From positions 4,182 through 68,181 of the forward strand of contig JAQGDQ010001042.1 of the NCBI GenBank assembly GCA_030141605.1: a stretch of 64,000 bases of DNA, read 5' to 3'. Below are positions 13,390 to 26,174 of the stretch, piece by piece; positions within the stretch are counted from its first letter, which is position 1, and every line of letters begins with the position of its first letter. The translations under genes were made by a program, and so were the position numbers. The DNA comes from Tubiluchus corallicola (lineage: Eukaryota > Animalia > Priapulida). The notes below the pieces were generated by a model, which did not search any database, was not told where the DNA came from, and worked only from the letters and a program-made list of their open reading frames with translations.

Positions 13390-14462
13390 TTAACCCTTTC
13401 ACTACATGGTTGCAGATTTGACAATAACTTCTTGTGGTGTGTTACTAAAGCAGAATCTTGAAAATAAACAAATAGTTGTTCGTTATTGAGTACTAATATT
13501 AAATGTTAGTTTTATTTCTACACACGAGACTCAGGCACACCACATACATGCACCCACGCACATGCTCGCACACTCACCCACGTACGCATGCACGCACGCA
13601 CCCAGGCAAGCACACACACTCACACACACACACACACACGTGCACACCCTTATAAATAAGCATGTACTTATATTTAGAAACCAGTTTTCACAAAAGACAT
13701 AATACTAATCCATAATGTGCAATTATTTTACGTGAATTATTACAGAGCAATTAAGAACGCAGAACAATCAACTAAACATACGTTTCATCAACGATCTACA
13801 AGTGATTTTGCATGAGAACATACCATACATTACAGTATTGTGGAATAAACCTGGCTTCACTGTGGAAAGCGGCACACTGCCACCTATGTTTTTTGTGCAA
13901 GGGACAGAAGACAGTAGACTGCCCCCCCCAGCTCAGCACTAAGCACAGTCACCCAGGTCTGTTTATTTCACTGCTACGGCCATGCAAAACATTGTAGAAA
14001 AGCTTAACAGCCGTGGGATTGTGGTTGCTCGCAACAAGTAGCGCTAACCAGCCAATCAGCATCTGAAGCCAGGTGCATTCCACAATATTGTACTGTATGG
14101 TATGTTCCCATGCAAAATTCCTTGTTGATGAAATGTGTTTAGTTGATTGTTCTGCATTCTTATAAAATAATTGCGTATTATGGATTAGTAATATGAACTT
14201 TTGTGAAAATTGGCTTCTAAATATAAGTATGTGCTTATTTGTGTGGGTGTGCGCATGTGCGCGTGCATGAGTGCATGTATGTGTGCGTGGATGTGTGCGC
14301 ATGTGTACAAATAAAACTAATATCGATATTAGTGTTTATTAATAAATGACTATTTGTTTATTTACACGATTCTGGTTTAGTAACACACCACAAGCAGTTA
14401 TTGTTGAATGTGGAAAAATCAAGTTGGCCCTGTAAAAAGCAACTATGTAGTGAAAGGGTTAA
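13390..14462. mobile_element. piggyBac-like fold-back MITE
   Basis: TTAA|CCCTTTCACTACAT...ATGTAGTGAAAGGG|TTAA; long imperfect inverted arms containing (CA)n/(TG)n. Confidence 0.82.
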
Positions 14463-14841
14463 GTGAGAGCAGTTTTTCATGAACGGCAAAATGCTGCAAA
14501 CAGTCCCAAGGAGTTAAAATTTCGACTTAATCGGGTCTCCTCCTCTAATGATGTAAACTTGCACCTGTACGAGCTTCATTCTTCTCTGATCACGACGGCA
14601 CAGCAAAGGGGAAGTCAGAAACTAATTAAACGAGGCGACGGAGGGAAAGGAAAGAATGAGGTCAGTGTGCCGGTGAAAGCGAGAACGTCGGTCAATGACG
14701 AACTGAGATTCATCGCATAATCAGAGTTTAATTAAACCGATCAATTACTAGCGAACGACAAGCGGTGGGCCGGCACTTTAGATAGATGGAGAGATATGGA
14801 TATGAGCTGAGTACCCGTCTCGTTAATCTTGTTTGTGACGC

Positions 14842-15026
14842 TAGCGATTTAGCATCCACCGACAATAGCATTTAGCACCCACCGACAGTAGCGATTTAGC
14901 ACCCACCGACGGTAGCGATTTAGCGCCCACCGACGGTAGCGATTTAGCGCCCACCGAGGGTAGCGATTTAGCGCCCACCGACGGTAGCGATTTAGCGCCC
15001 ACCCCGGGTAGCGATTTAGCACTCAC
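14842..15026. repeat. 24-bp minisatellite (about 7.5 copies) abutting a splice donor
   Basis: Unit tagcgatttagcgcccaccgacgg. Confidence 0.92.
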
Positions 15027-15089
15027 CTTCACATTGTTCATGTGCATAATGTTACCACAATCGTCCATGTACTGTTTGAGATCTTTTTC
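15027..15089 (-). CDS. CDK17: PCTAIRE kinase exon: EKDLKQYMDDCGNIMHMNNVK
   Basis: 63 bp, phase 0/0; acceptor ttttag, donor gtgagt. Confidence 0.96.
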
Positions 15090-15518
15090 CTAAAAAAAAC
15101 GCAATACAAGAACTGATCAAAACTAAAACAACTAAAAATATTTCTGCCAGCAAAAATATTTTTGCCAACAAATGTTTGCAGATTTTCGCAGTAAGGCAAA
15201 AATACCTAGAATTTTTTTGCTTTTCCTAGTGACTTGCATACATAAAACTTTGAAAGGCTCATGTGTGAAAGTGTTACTAACTGCTTTTTGCATAGTGCCT
15301 GTTAAACTTAATTTTTGGTATGAAAATTTAATGTACTATATGATACTTTTCACTTATTATATGTGTTATTCAAAATCAGTTAACAAAGCAAGTAAACAAC
15401 AAACATTTAAGAGCTTCGTACAAAAGTTTTATAGTTGAAATACTGTTTGTTGGTTAGGATCTTAATTTAATAATAATAGTAGTAAGATTTATGAAGGACC
15501 ACTTCCTAAACATTACAT

Positions 15519-16192
15519 CAGGGATGAGAATGACAAATTGCAAAAAACTCTGAAACAGGCCGGGGTTTTGGGGGCACCTAGGCCCTCATGGGGTTGAGAG
15601 GCAAAGCCCCCTTGGAGCCAGCAACAAATTGCAATTTTGTGACCATAGAGAGCCTCTAAGTGGACTTAAAACATCAATTAACTTGTTTTATGCATAATTT
15701 AAAATACCCAACAATCAAGGATACATGATCATGAAGCTTCAAAAAAGAATAAATTTTATTTTGCACATATTTTGTTGCCTATATTTCATAAATTATAAAA
15801 TTAAACTTGGCTTTATTCAAATTACACTTTGGTATTTCGGTTGTTTGTGTCTGGAAGCCTCAAAGCTTCACATATGTCAGCAATGAAGATATGCCGCATT
15901 GCCATAAATGGCATGCTACAAATCGTACAGATTATCAAATAAACGATATTTACACTTTATCTTAACCATTTTAGCCAAAATTTTTCAGCGATTTTTAACA
16001 TTTAGGAGATAAAAGGTGCGCTGGAGAAATACCTCGAAAAAATGCTACTGAAAGTTTTGGTTAAGATTTCAACGAAAACGAGGTTCAACTCCGAAAAATT
16101 TTCTCAACGAATTTACGCGATTTACAAAAATGGCACTACTGGTCTTTCAAAAACTCGGAATTCTGCGTATCTGCGGAAAATTCTCATCCCTG
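15519..16192 (+). mobile_element. hAT MITE family A, copy 4 (different internal segment)
   Basis: Both TIRs present; about 15730-16090 is unlike the other copies. Confidence 0.85.
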
Positions 16193-16542
16193 TTACATAT
16201 AAGAATACACGCAATGCGTAGTAACAATTACACGTAATACAGAATCACAAATCAATAGAAACCTGCAGGTTTCACGTAACATTGGTCAGGTGCAAATACA
16301 CCAGCATCTAGACAGAATTACATGATCGCACATCTCGTGTCCAACTCTCAGTTGCTTTCCGTGAAGGATTTTAGGTTATTTTATTACTTCAGTGTTCTCT
16401 CATTCTGTAACCCCCCCCCCCATACTGTCCTTTTTAACTGCATTCATGTATGTATGTCTTGACTTGGCTTCTTTTTGTCATGCTCTACTGACAGAGCTAG
16501 TTTACCTGGCTAGTTGGCTGTCTGTTCTTCGTTAAGAGAGTC

Positions 16543-16576
<34 letters not shown>

Positions 16577-16582
16577 TTGTTA

Positions 16583-16615
<33 letters not shown>

Positions 16616-16890
16616 TTTGTCTCAGTTAAACCATTTATTTGTCAAGAGTAGTAGAGCCATGATGTAAGTTTATTCAGTCTGACTTTATTATTAATTTCTT
16701 TGTTTCTTTTTTGGCTCAAATTAGTTTGTTGTATTTTGTTATGATTTTTCTTACAGATAAAACGTAATAAAGCTACTCAAACGTGAACTTTTTGACTTAG
16801 GGCAAGAAACAACAGTGGTCCCAGTATTAGACCTTGGCGCATTCCCGAGCCCCAGTCTGCAAAATCACCGTGACAAGTGATATCATGATA

Positions 16891-17065
16891 TCACTTTTTA
16901 TCAAGCATGGTATGATTGGACAGATCAACGACGAACGTACATCGTTGGTCACTTTTTATCAAGCATGGTATGATTGGACAGATCAACGACGAACGTACAT
17001 CGTTGGTCACTTTTTATCAAGCATGGTATGATTGGACAGATCAACGACGAACGTACATCGTTGGT
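16891..17065. repeat. 58-bp tandem repeat x3
   Basis: Period 16892/16950/17008. Confidence 0.9.
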
Positions 17066-17617
17066 GACGCAAATACGGACAAGCATCACCCAGGAGGCTG
17101 AACGGAAAGCTCAACGGTAAAAGTATATTGACTATGTAAACGGTACAGTAACAATTGTCACATATTTATTTCATAAGATAGATTTCCCAAGGATGTTAGA
17201 TTTTATTACATCCTTGTTACGAAACCGATATGATACTAAACTTCTAAATGTAATTGTGAGTTATTATTATTTATTATTTCTATATTATCTCTCTGTAACA
17301 AAATGCAGAAGTTAAGCAACCTCGAACCTGGTTTTGCATTTGAATGGGTGACTGCCCGGGACTTACATTTTTTTAAATGGTCAGGAAGGGTGATGACAAA
17401 TGCTGTAAGATCTTCTTCATCACTCAAAAATGAATTTTTGTTCTGGCAGATATTTTTGAATGAAGAATTTTTTGCTTGATCATTCGCACGTTTAATTATG
17501 TCATATTTAGAAGGCAATAGACTTGAGCACGGCATTTCAGCCTCCGTGATATGTTATAATTTCGCGTGATTATTTATATTCCTGTATATTTATTTTACAA
17601 AAACAGACTTTTTATTG

Positions 17618-18367
17618 TATAGGTTTTACACGTCAAATGTAGACACAGGAAAGTTCAAATGTGACTTAGGTAAGTCAAATGTAGACATAGGAATTTCGAA
17701 TGTGTTTTGGTAACTCAAATGTGACTTAGGTAGGTCAAATGTAGATGCGGTACTTTGAATAAATCGTAATTAACTTATTTAAGAGCAAATTACAGAAAGA
17801 TAAACCAAAGATAGTCATCACCTCTTTCATAACTTTGAAAAATGCATTGTTTATCCTCAAACTAAATTCTTTGATAAACCATAACGTTGGTAGAAAAGAA
17901 TAAATTGGTTCCTACTTCCCAATGAACAGTGAATCACTAATTAGTTTTTTACATAATGCATTAGCACTGCATTAATGAATTAGTTTCTCTCAAGAAACAT
18001 TGTTTATTTTAAGAATTTCTTGTTTTCTCTAACAGTTCCAATGGTATGTAAAGTTTACAGAACATTAGTGAACTATTAGCAGACCTATAAAGTTATTATT
18101 TTCACAGCAATTATTAAATTGAGATTAAAGAAGATTAAATTTAACATCCTTAAGCTTTACTACCTATCCACATTTGAGATACCAATGTCACATTTGACTT
18201 GACATGTGTCTACATTTGACTCACCAAAAGCGCTCAAGATTTCTTGAAAACCATTGTTAACACATTTGAACTACCTAAGTCTACATTTGAGTTACCAAGA
18301 CACATTTGAATTACCTAAATCTACATTTGAGTTAACGTAGGTCTACATTTGACATGTAAAACCTATA
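17618..18367 (-). mobile_element. MITE family D, longer inverted copy
   Basis: Reverse complement of 7152-7783 with extra internal sequence. Confidence 0.85.
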
Positions 18368-18603
18368 AAGTGCATCGCAATTACTTAATGTGATGTGCTA
18401 CATAAATAACAAATTATTACTATTATTATTCTATGATATAAATACTATCAGCTTACAGTTGGCTTAGTCGCAAGCTTAGTGATGCCATAACACCTGGTGT
18501 CTATAATCACCTGTTTAGCTACCTGGACAGGTGGATTTGCTTTTGTTAATTAAACCCAGAACTTGTAAACTGGAACAGGTGCGGGCGACGTTATTTTTTA
18601 CAG

Positions 18604-19082
18604 CAGGGGTGTGCAAATTATCTGACTAGCCTGGCCTCATTAAACTTTCCTGCAATTCCTGCGGGCCACAGGCAGTTTGATCAAGGAGCCAAGTACAGAA
18701 AGGCCTAATAACGATTTTTTTTGCATCCTGCGTACATCATTACTACTACACCCAAGAAACTATTTCAGAAGTTATTAAAATTTATATTACAAACCATATA
18801 TTTCTACTTTCAGGACAGATAGTGGTAATTTCATTACAATGCATATTAGTAATGTGCATCACACAGTCTGTGTAGTACAGTGACATCAAGCTACAACCGT
18901 CTTGTAAGGGTTAATGGCATCCGATCTAGTAGAAAAAACTACCCGCACTATCTTTGGGATCGTGGCACGGACTTCAGCTGGATACACTCAATTCATCGCC
19001 CGGGCCGCACTTTCACTAGGTTGACAAATCTTTTCGCGGGCAGCACAAATTCTCTCGGCGGGCCGCAATTTGCACACCCCTG
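18604..19082 (-). mobile_element. hAT MITE family B, inverted copy
   Basis: TIRs; TSD TTTTACAG. Confidence 0.92.
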
Positions 19083-19268
19083 TTTTACAGCAACAAGTAG
19101 CTGATTCTCGTGGGCAATTTTCTTGCGTTTACATGCTTAAGGTCATCTTTAGGTAGTGATAAGTTATATATAGCGGCAAAAACGAACCACAATTCCTTTC
19201 AAGGACAAGAAAAGGGGAACCTGAAGTAGGTTTCAGAAAAATCGCCTTAAAAAACTATTCAACTTTAC

Positions 19269-19759
<491 letters not shown>

Positions 19760-19895
19760 AAATTTTACTAATGTTCTGAGATTGTAGGATATTTGCTAAT
19801 CCTTTCATCACTTTTGGATTAGAAATCTAATGACTAGAATATTAACACTGCACAGGTTTGTAGCGCAACATTTAACTGTCAAATTCAATACTTAC

Positions 19896-19990
19896 TAAAT
19901 ATTCAAAGACTAACGTTAGAGACTTCTCGGTGTGCACGATATCATGTAGTGTGACTATGTTAGCGTGTTTCAAGTCTCTCAGCAAAGAAA
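19896..19990 (-). CDS. CDK17: PCTAIRE kinase exon: (V)[31 protein letters not shown]
   Basis: 95 bp; acceptor ttgcag, donor gtaagt. Confidence 0.97.
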
Positions 19991-20557
19991 CTGCAAAAAA
20001 TCACAGCCAAATGAACACAGTGTGTGGTTACCATGGTTACCATGTTGTTGACAAACAGAGAAAGGTAGTGAACAATATCGTCCATCCATAACACGTGTTA
20101 ATATGACTTTTTAAAATGCATAGGCTCGATTTTGCAGAAAATACCCTACACATTGTAAACTTTTTTTAGATATGGAACTAATGTAAGCAGTGACACTGCC
20201 AAATAAGCCGCTACTCGTACTGGACTTTCCAAGACTGCTTCTTGCTGTAATTAATCTTTATAATATGAAGAAAACCAGCACAGTACCAAGCATTTTTGTG
20301 TGGAAGTGTGTTTTAATGAAAGACAGAATAAATCCATATGTATGTAGTAGTGTAAACAGGGGTGCAAATGGACAAAGATGTTAAAGTCGTGAAAGGGATC
20401 AGGAAGATCCGGGATGGATCCCGTAAACTTTCCGTAGTGTAAACAGGGCCTGAGATTCATGGATCGATTAATCATGCGGACTTTGAAACACTTGCGGTGT
20501 AAGTTAATTAACAAAAGTTGGATGCATAAAGTCGATAGTGTGTCACACTTTTCTTAC

Positions 20558-20672
20558 CTTCACGTATAGCTGTACAAGGCGCTCCTTCTTCATGTTCTAA
20601 ACGAATTTCTTTCAGAGCAACTAGATTATCGGTTAAACGGCTTTTGCCTTTGAAAACCGTGGCATACGTGCC
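20558..20672 (-). CDS. CDK17: PCTAIRE kinase exon: [38 protein letters not shown]
   Basis: 115 bp; acceptor tttcag, donor gtaaga; VALK lysine and the PCTAIRE helix. Confidence 0.98.
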
Positions 20673-20759
20673 CTGAAAATACAGAAGAAAAAGTTTAGAG
20701 TTACAAGCAGGAAAAAATGTTCTAGTATAACCAGATATATTTCATTTCATAATTTTTCT

Positions 20760-21315
20760 TTAAAGGAAAACCAGATGATTGTTTAGACTCCATCTCATTT
20801 TGATTTATTGTCCACATTATACATTTACTTGCCTATAAAAGTTAACAAATGTTTCTTATATTTGAATAATTAGCATAAAAGGTTAATTAACGGCAAGCGA
20901 ACACGGCTATTGCTTACGTCAGAAACTAACTACAGAATGTGAAATGGCAGGCATCTTCCCTTGCGCGTCAAGCACGTTTGCGTAAGTGTTACAGTACTGT
21001 TTAAACGCGTGATGAAAGGAAAATAGGCTTTACGTCACATGACGTCAGAAACTAACACTGCAATTCATGATCATTGTTATCACGGTACCGCCTTCTATTT
21101 GTCGGCCAGGCGAATGTGACAAAAAGGCGTCGTTGCCAATCTTAGTAGATCCACTGAGCCGTGCGTAGCTTTGAAAGTTTAACAAAATTTAATTATCCGA
21201 GGTAATTATTATTTAATCTAAGCTTTGATTTAAAAAAAGCTATTGTAGTTTTCAATATTTTAGAGCATTCTTTATTCTGAACTCGTGTTTACACAATCAT
21301 CTGGTTTTCCTTCAA
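20760..21315 (+). mobile_element. Kolobok-like MITE family E
   Basis: TTAA|AGGAAAACCAGATGATT...AATCATCTGGTTTTCCT; further copies at 23114, 45887 and 55258. Confidence 0.75.
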
Positions 21316-21325
21316 CTGCTAAAGA

Positions 21326-22021
21326 CAGGGATGAGAATGACAAATTGCAAAAAACTCTGAAACAGGTCGGAGGTTTGGGGGCCGCGTAGCCCCCCATGGG
21401 GGTTCAAGGGGGCGAAAACCCCTTGCAGCCAGCAACAAATAGCAATTGTGTGATCATAGAGAGCCTCTAAGTGGACTTAAAATATCAATTACCTTGTTTC
21501 ATGCATAATTTCAAATACCCAACTATCAAGGATACATGATACCTAATTGTCTCAAAAACGCCTAAGTACTGGCTGCTCCTATGCAAAAGTATATAAAAAC
21601 TGTCTGTAATTGACTCAAATAACTCCGCACAATTGATTCTATATTTTTATACATAGAGATATACACGTGGTTACACTGATGTACATGATGTAAACAAAGT
21701 GACGGCCTGCCACCTAGTGGTCAGCTTGTGAAATAATGTACTGGCCGCTCCTATGCAAAAGTATATAAAAACTGTCTGCAATTGACTCAAATAACTCTGC
21801 ACAATTGATTCTATATTTTTATACATAGAGATAAACACGCGGTTACACTGATGTACGTGATGTAAACAAAGTGACGGCCTGCCACCTAGTGGTCAGCTTG
21901 TGAAATAATGTACTGGGTCCGTAAAAATTTCCTCAACGAATTTACGCAATTTACAAAAATGGCACTACTGGTCTTCCAAAAACCCGGAATCCCGTGTATC
22001 CACGGAAAATTCTCATCCCTG
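21326..22021 (+). mobile_element. hAT MITE family A, copy 5 (internal ~170-bp duplication)
   Basis: Both TIRs; the block starting gtactgg(c/t)gctcctatgc occurs twice. Confidence 0.87.
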
Positions 22022-22786
22022 CACTTGTCGTGATAAATTCTGTTTCTACCATTTCATGTGTAAAACTGTCCTGGATTAGGGAAGACTCCTGGAATTAATT
22101 ACCTAATGTTTCCCATCAGGCCAATAATCCCGTCAAATCTTGATTTAATCCCCTTGCAAGCAGAGGCGCCAATTAAAAGCAACTTTAAGCGAATCAAAAG
22201 AGTTGAAAAAAGATGAACAAATGGAAACAAACGAAAAAAAGGAGCCAGAAAAAGATTTTAAAAGCATGTATGTAAATTTATAAGTTTTTGGCGAGAATTT
22301 CTAGGTAAGGTTTTCGGTATAAAAGAAAACTGAATAATCACGGTGTGTGCTAGCCAATTGAAGTTAAGCAATGCTGAGACTGTTCGGTGAATGGTTTGTG
22401 ATAGCCCAAGTTCGACACTTGCATGATGCTACTGACTGTTCACACGTATTATATACTAGACACGTACTTGAAACGTGGCTAAGACACTGTTTACACCTGT
22501 TACGAGAATACATATATACTACACATATACTTGATAATACTAATAATATTTCTAAAAATTGCGCACAGAAATCACTACTAAATTGCGCTAACTGCGTGAC
22601 GTTTAAAACGTTTTAATGTCAAAAGAATGCATCTGGTTGAAGTGCTGAATTATTCGAATCTATAATTTTCGGTTCGAATCGAATTCGAATTTAAAAAAAC
22701 GCGTTTGAATCGAATTCGAAAGTTCGATACTCACCCTTCGTGCCAAATTGTATAAAAAAATGAAGAATAATAGTTACTAAATTCAC

Positions 22787-22843
22787 CTCGCCTAATTTGT
22801 CTAGCTTCGTGTACGTGTCCAGTTTGCCGAAGCCAATTTCTTG
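22787..22843 (-). CDS. CDK17: PCTAIRE kinase exon: QEIGFGKLDTYTKLDKLGE
   Basis: 57 bp, phase 0/0; acceptor ttgcag, donor gtgaat. Confidence 0.96.
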
Positions 22844-23113
22844 CTGCAAAGGAAACGATCAAGATCAATTACTAATAATAATTACACATGAAGCCATTGT
22901 AGAAATTACCTGTTATTTTTTTTACCAATATTAGATTATTAAAATGGAAAATGTGAATTTTATTATGATCTATACAAGTGTTCAATTGTTAATTAATTAA
23001 CTGAAATGCAATTAGGGCGACACGGCAACTTAGAATAATAAATTTTTACATATTTACCAACCACAAGTAATTTTTCAAAATTTATCAGATATATTTCATT
23101 TTATAATTTTTCT

Positions 23114-23671
23114 TTAAAGGAAAACCGGACGATCGTTTAGACTCAATTCAATTTTAATTTACTGTCCAAAATACACATTTTCTTGTCTATAAAAGTTATC
23201 AATTGTTCCTTATATTTGAATAATTAGCTTAGAAAGTTAATTAACAGCAACCGAACACAGTTATTGCTTACGTCAGAAACTAACCACAGTTTGTGCAATG
23301 GCAGGCGTCTTCCCTTGTGCGTCAAGCACGTTTGCGTAAGTGTTACAGTATTGTTTAACGGGTGATGTCACGAAAATGGGCTCTACGTCATATGACGTCT
23401 GAAACTAACTGCAGTTCGTGATCATGGTTATCACGGTATCACCTTCTATTTGTCGGCCACGCGAATGTGACAAAAAGGCGCCGTTGCCAATCTTAGTAGA
23501 TTCACTGAGCCGCGCGTAGCTTTGAAAGTTTAACAAAATTTGAGTGTCCGAGGTAATTATTATTTAATCTAAGTTTTGATTTAAAAAAACCTATTGTAGT
23601 TTTTAATATTTTAGAGCATTCTTTATTCTGAACTCATGTTTACACGATCGTCCGGTTTCTTTTTTCCTTAA
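23114..23671 (+). mobile_element. Kolobok-like MITE family E
   Basis: TTAA-flanked; same body. Confidence 0.78.
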
Positions 23672-23840
23672 GTTAGTAAGTTAGCACAAGTTTCACGTAG
23701 CCTGTGTTTGAAAAACATGGTACAGTTCAATTTTTTTCACTTCTACAAATAGTAAAATGTATATACGTAATTTTTATGTATGTACACAATTACAGTACAA
23801 TAAATATACTATACAGTATATGCTATAAAAAAGTACTCAC

Positions 23841-23963
23841 TAGTGAGGCACGCCGTGTTCTCCTACTCAGCGGTTCGTCTAGCATTGGTGTCGTACACTG
23901 TTTAGCAAGAAAACTCTCTGGTATGTTGAGATTTGCTGGTAGAGACAGCCTCTTGTTTATATC
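23841..23963 (-). CDS. CDK17: PCTAIRE kinase N-terminal regulatory exon: [41 protein letters not shown]
   Basis: 123 bp; acceptor tgctag, donor gtgagt; KRLSLP and RRASL phospho-motifs conserved in CDK16/17/18. Confidence 0.95.
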
Positions 23964-24645
23964 CTAGCAACGAGAGTAAACAAAACTATTTCTTTCGCAC
24001 ATTCAAAATACATATGAAGTATTTTGTACGCAAGTAAACGCGACTCCTGCTGTTAAGCTGATTTTGAGCTGATGTTTTGCTTGATTTTGGCTTTGCTTTG
24101 CTTTGAACCGATTTATGATTTTTGTTCTGCCATTGGATCGTTAGATATAAGACATTTTCGATCAGATATTTTCTTGCACTTTCAAGATTACTTAACTTCT
24201 CTAAAACATTCACAACACACCAACGCGTACACCTGAGTTTAGTTGCTGTTTCCAAGTAACATTCAGTCAGTAGAACTTCTGCCAATCTTCTGAATCTAGA
24301 GAGGTGCCATTCCAAACAGCTTAGTAACACAGCAACCCCAGCTGGTCCACAGGAGGCGGAAAGGTTAGCAATGAGTAATACTCTCTCTTCTCTAACAGAG
24401 GGAAGAAATTAGCATAGCCCTGCCCGATGAATCACGACGCCATTAATGACAAAAATTTGGAGTTTTTCTCTTAACTTCCTGGGCAGTAAAAACTTGCAGG
24501 CTGATGTGGAATTAGGAGGAGATTAGGTACCTACTTGTAGAAACTTTATTCTACAAAGGAAGCTGAGCATAATCATACAGCTCATAGTTAATTAATGTTA
24601 TCGGTGCAAACTGTGTAAATAAATGCATGTCTGTGTGGTTCTTAC

Positions 24646-25560
24646 TGTTACAAATGGCAAAGTTGTAAAATGGCACAAGAAAAATGACGCAGCTAAAAAA
24701 GGCACAGGAAAAATGTTACAAATGGCAAAGTTGTAAAATGGCACAAGAAAAATGACACAGCTAAAAATGGCACAGGAAAAAATGTCACAAATTGAAAAGC
24801 ACGTAAAAATGACAAAAGAAAAAATGGCACAAGTAAAGAAGGCACAGGTAAAGATGGCACAAGAAAAAGTAGCACAGGTAAAAATGGCCCAGGTAAAAAT
24901 GACACAAATGGAAAATTATGCAAAAATGGCACAGAAAAGATGTCATAAATGGAAAATTATGCAAAAATGGCACAGAAAAGATGTCACAAATGGAAAATTA
25001 TGCAAAAATGGCACAGAAAAGATGTCACAAATGGAAAATTATGCAAAAATGGCACAGAAAAGATGTCACAAATGGAAAATTATGCAAAAATGGCACAGAA
25101 AAGATGTCACAAATGGAAAATTATGCAAAAATGGCACAGAAAAGATGTCACAAATGGAAAATAATGCAAAAATGGCACAGAAAAGATGTCACAAATGGAA
25201 AATTATGCAAAAATGGCACAGAAAAGATGTCACAAATGGAAAAGTATGTAAAATTGGCACAAGAAAAATGTCACAATTGAAAAATAAGTAAAATGGCACC
25301 AGAAAAAATGCACGGTAAAAATGGCACAAGAAAAATGTTACAAATAGCAAAGTGGTAAAAATGGCACAAGAAAAAATGGCACAGGAAAAAATGGCACAAA
25401 TGGAAAGTAGGTAAGATGGCACAAGAAAAAATGGCACAGAAAAAATTACACAGCTAAAAATAGTACAGGAAGAAAGAAATGGCACAGCTAAAAATGGCAC
25501 AGGTAGAAATGGCACAGGAAGAAACGGCACAAACAGAAAAGTAGGAAAAAATGGCAAGGC
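24646..25560. repeat. aaaaatggcacag-rich minisatellite with a homogeneous 41-bp core array
   Basis: Unit ggaaaattatgcaaaaatggcacagaaaagatgtcacaaat at about 24910-25240. Confidence 0.9.
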
Positions 25561-26055
25561 AAACAAGACAAATGTAAAATGATCCACGCTCAAGAATATA
25601 GGGAGATAGTGTAAGGTGCAAACGTGTAACTGTACATCTAAGATGTGCCTAGAATATAAACTGCAGAATTTGCATCATGTTTTGGATGCCCACAAGCCAA
25701 ATTCCACAAATTGCATTATATGCACAAACTGCATTAAGGTGTATCATATTTAAGATGCATGTAACAGAAACTGCATAAGGTGCATCATGTTTCCGATAAA
25801 CTGCACAAGGTGCATTATGTTTCCGATGCATGAAACACAAACTGCATCAGGTGCATCATGTTTCTGATGCCAGTGAGACAGACTGTCTAAAGTGCAATAT
25901 GTTTCATTTGCAAAGTGTAAAAGATGCTTACAACAAAAATTGTGTCATGTGTGCCAGTTTCAAAGCAAATTGTGCAAGAAGTACTGAGTATAAAATATCC
26001 ATTGTATTCAACGGTGATAGAATGCAAATGTTGTGTTTGTTTGTGAGGTACCTAC

Positions 26056-26174
26056 CTCATGTAGCCTTCGAGGTTTTGGACGCAATTTGACTGGTGATAT
26101 GACTTCATCTGAGGCTCCTGATGCCTCTTCGCTCTCCCCGTCTGAACCAATCCGTGGATTCTCGTGAACAATAC
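26056..26174 (-). CDS. CDK17: PCTAIRE kinase N-terminal exon: (G)IVHENPRIGSDGESEEASGASDEVISPVKLRPKPRRLHE
   Basis: 119 bp; acceptor tttcag, donor gtaggt; IVHE...GSDGES..AS..SDEV.SP motif of CDK16/17; phase 1 start needs an upstream exon. Confidence 0.93.

Noticed and set aside
17236-17581. Extra exon or 99-aa ORF on the minus strand (acceptor at 17581, donor gtaagt near 17367)
   Set aside because: All three frames after the acceptor hit stops, there is no kinase similarity, and the flanking exons already join in frame.
24752-25593. 179-aa and 134-aa repeat ORFs
   Set aside because: Products of the aaaaatggcacag minisatellite; the 41-bp period shifts frames.
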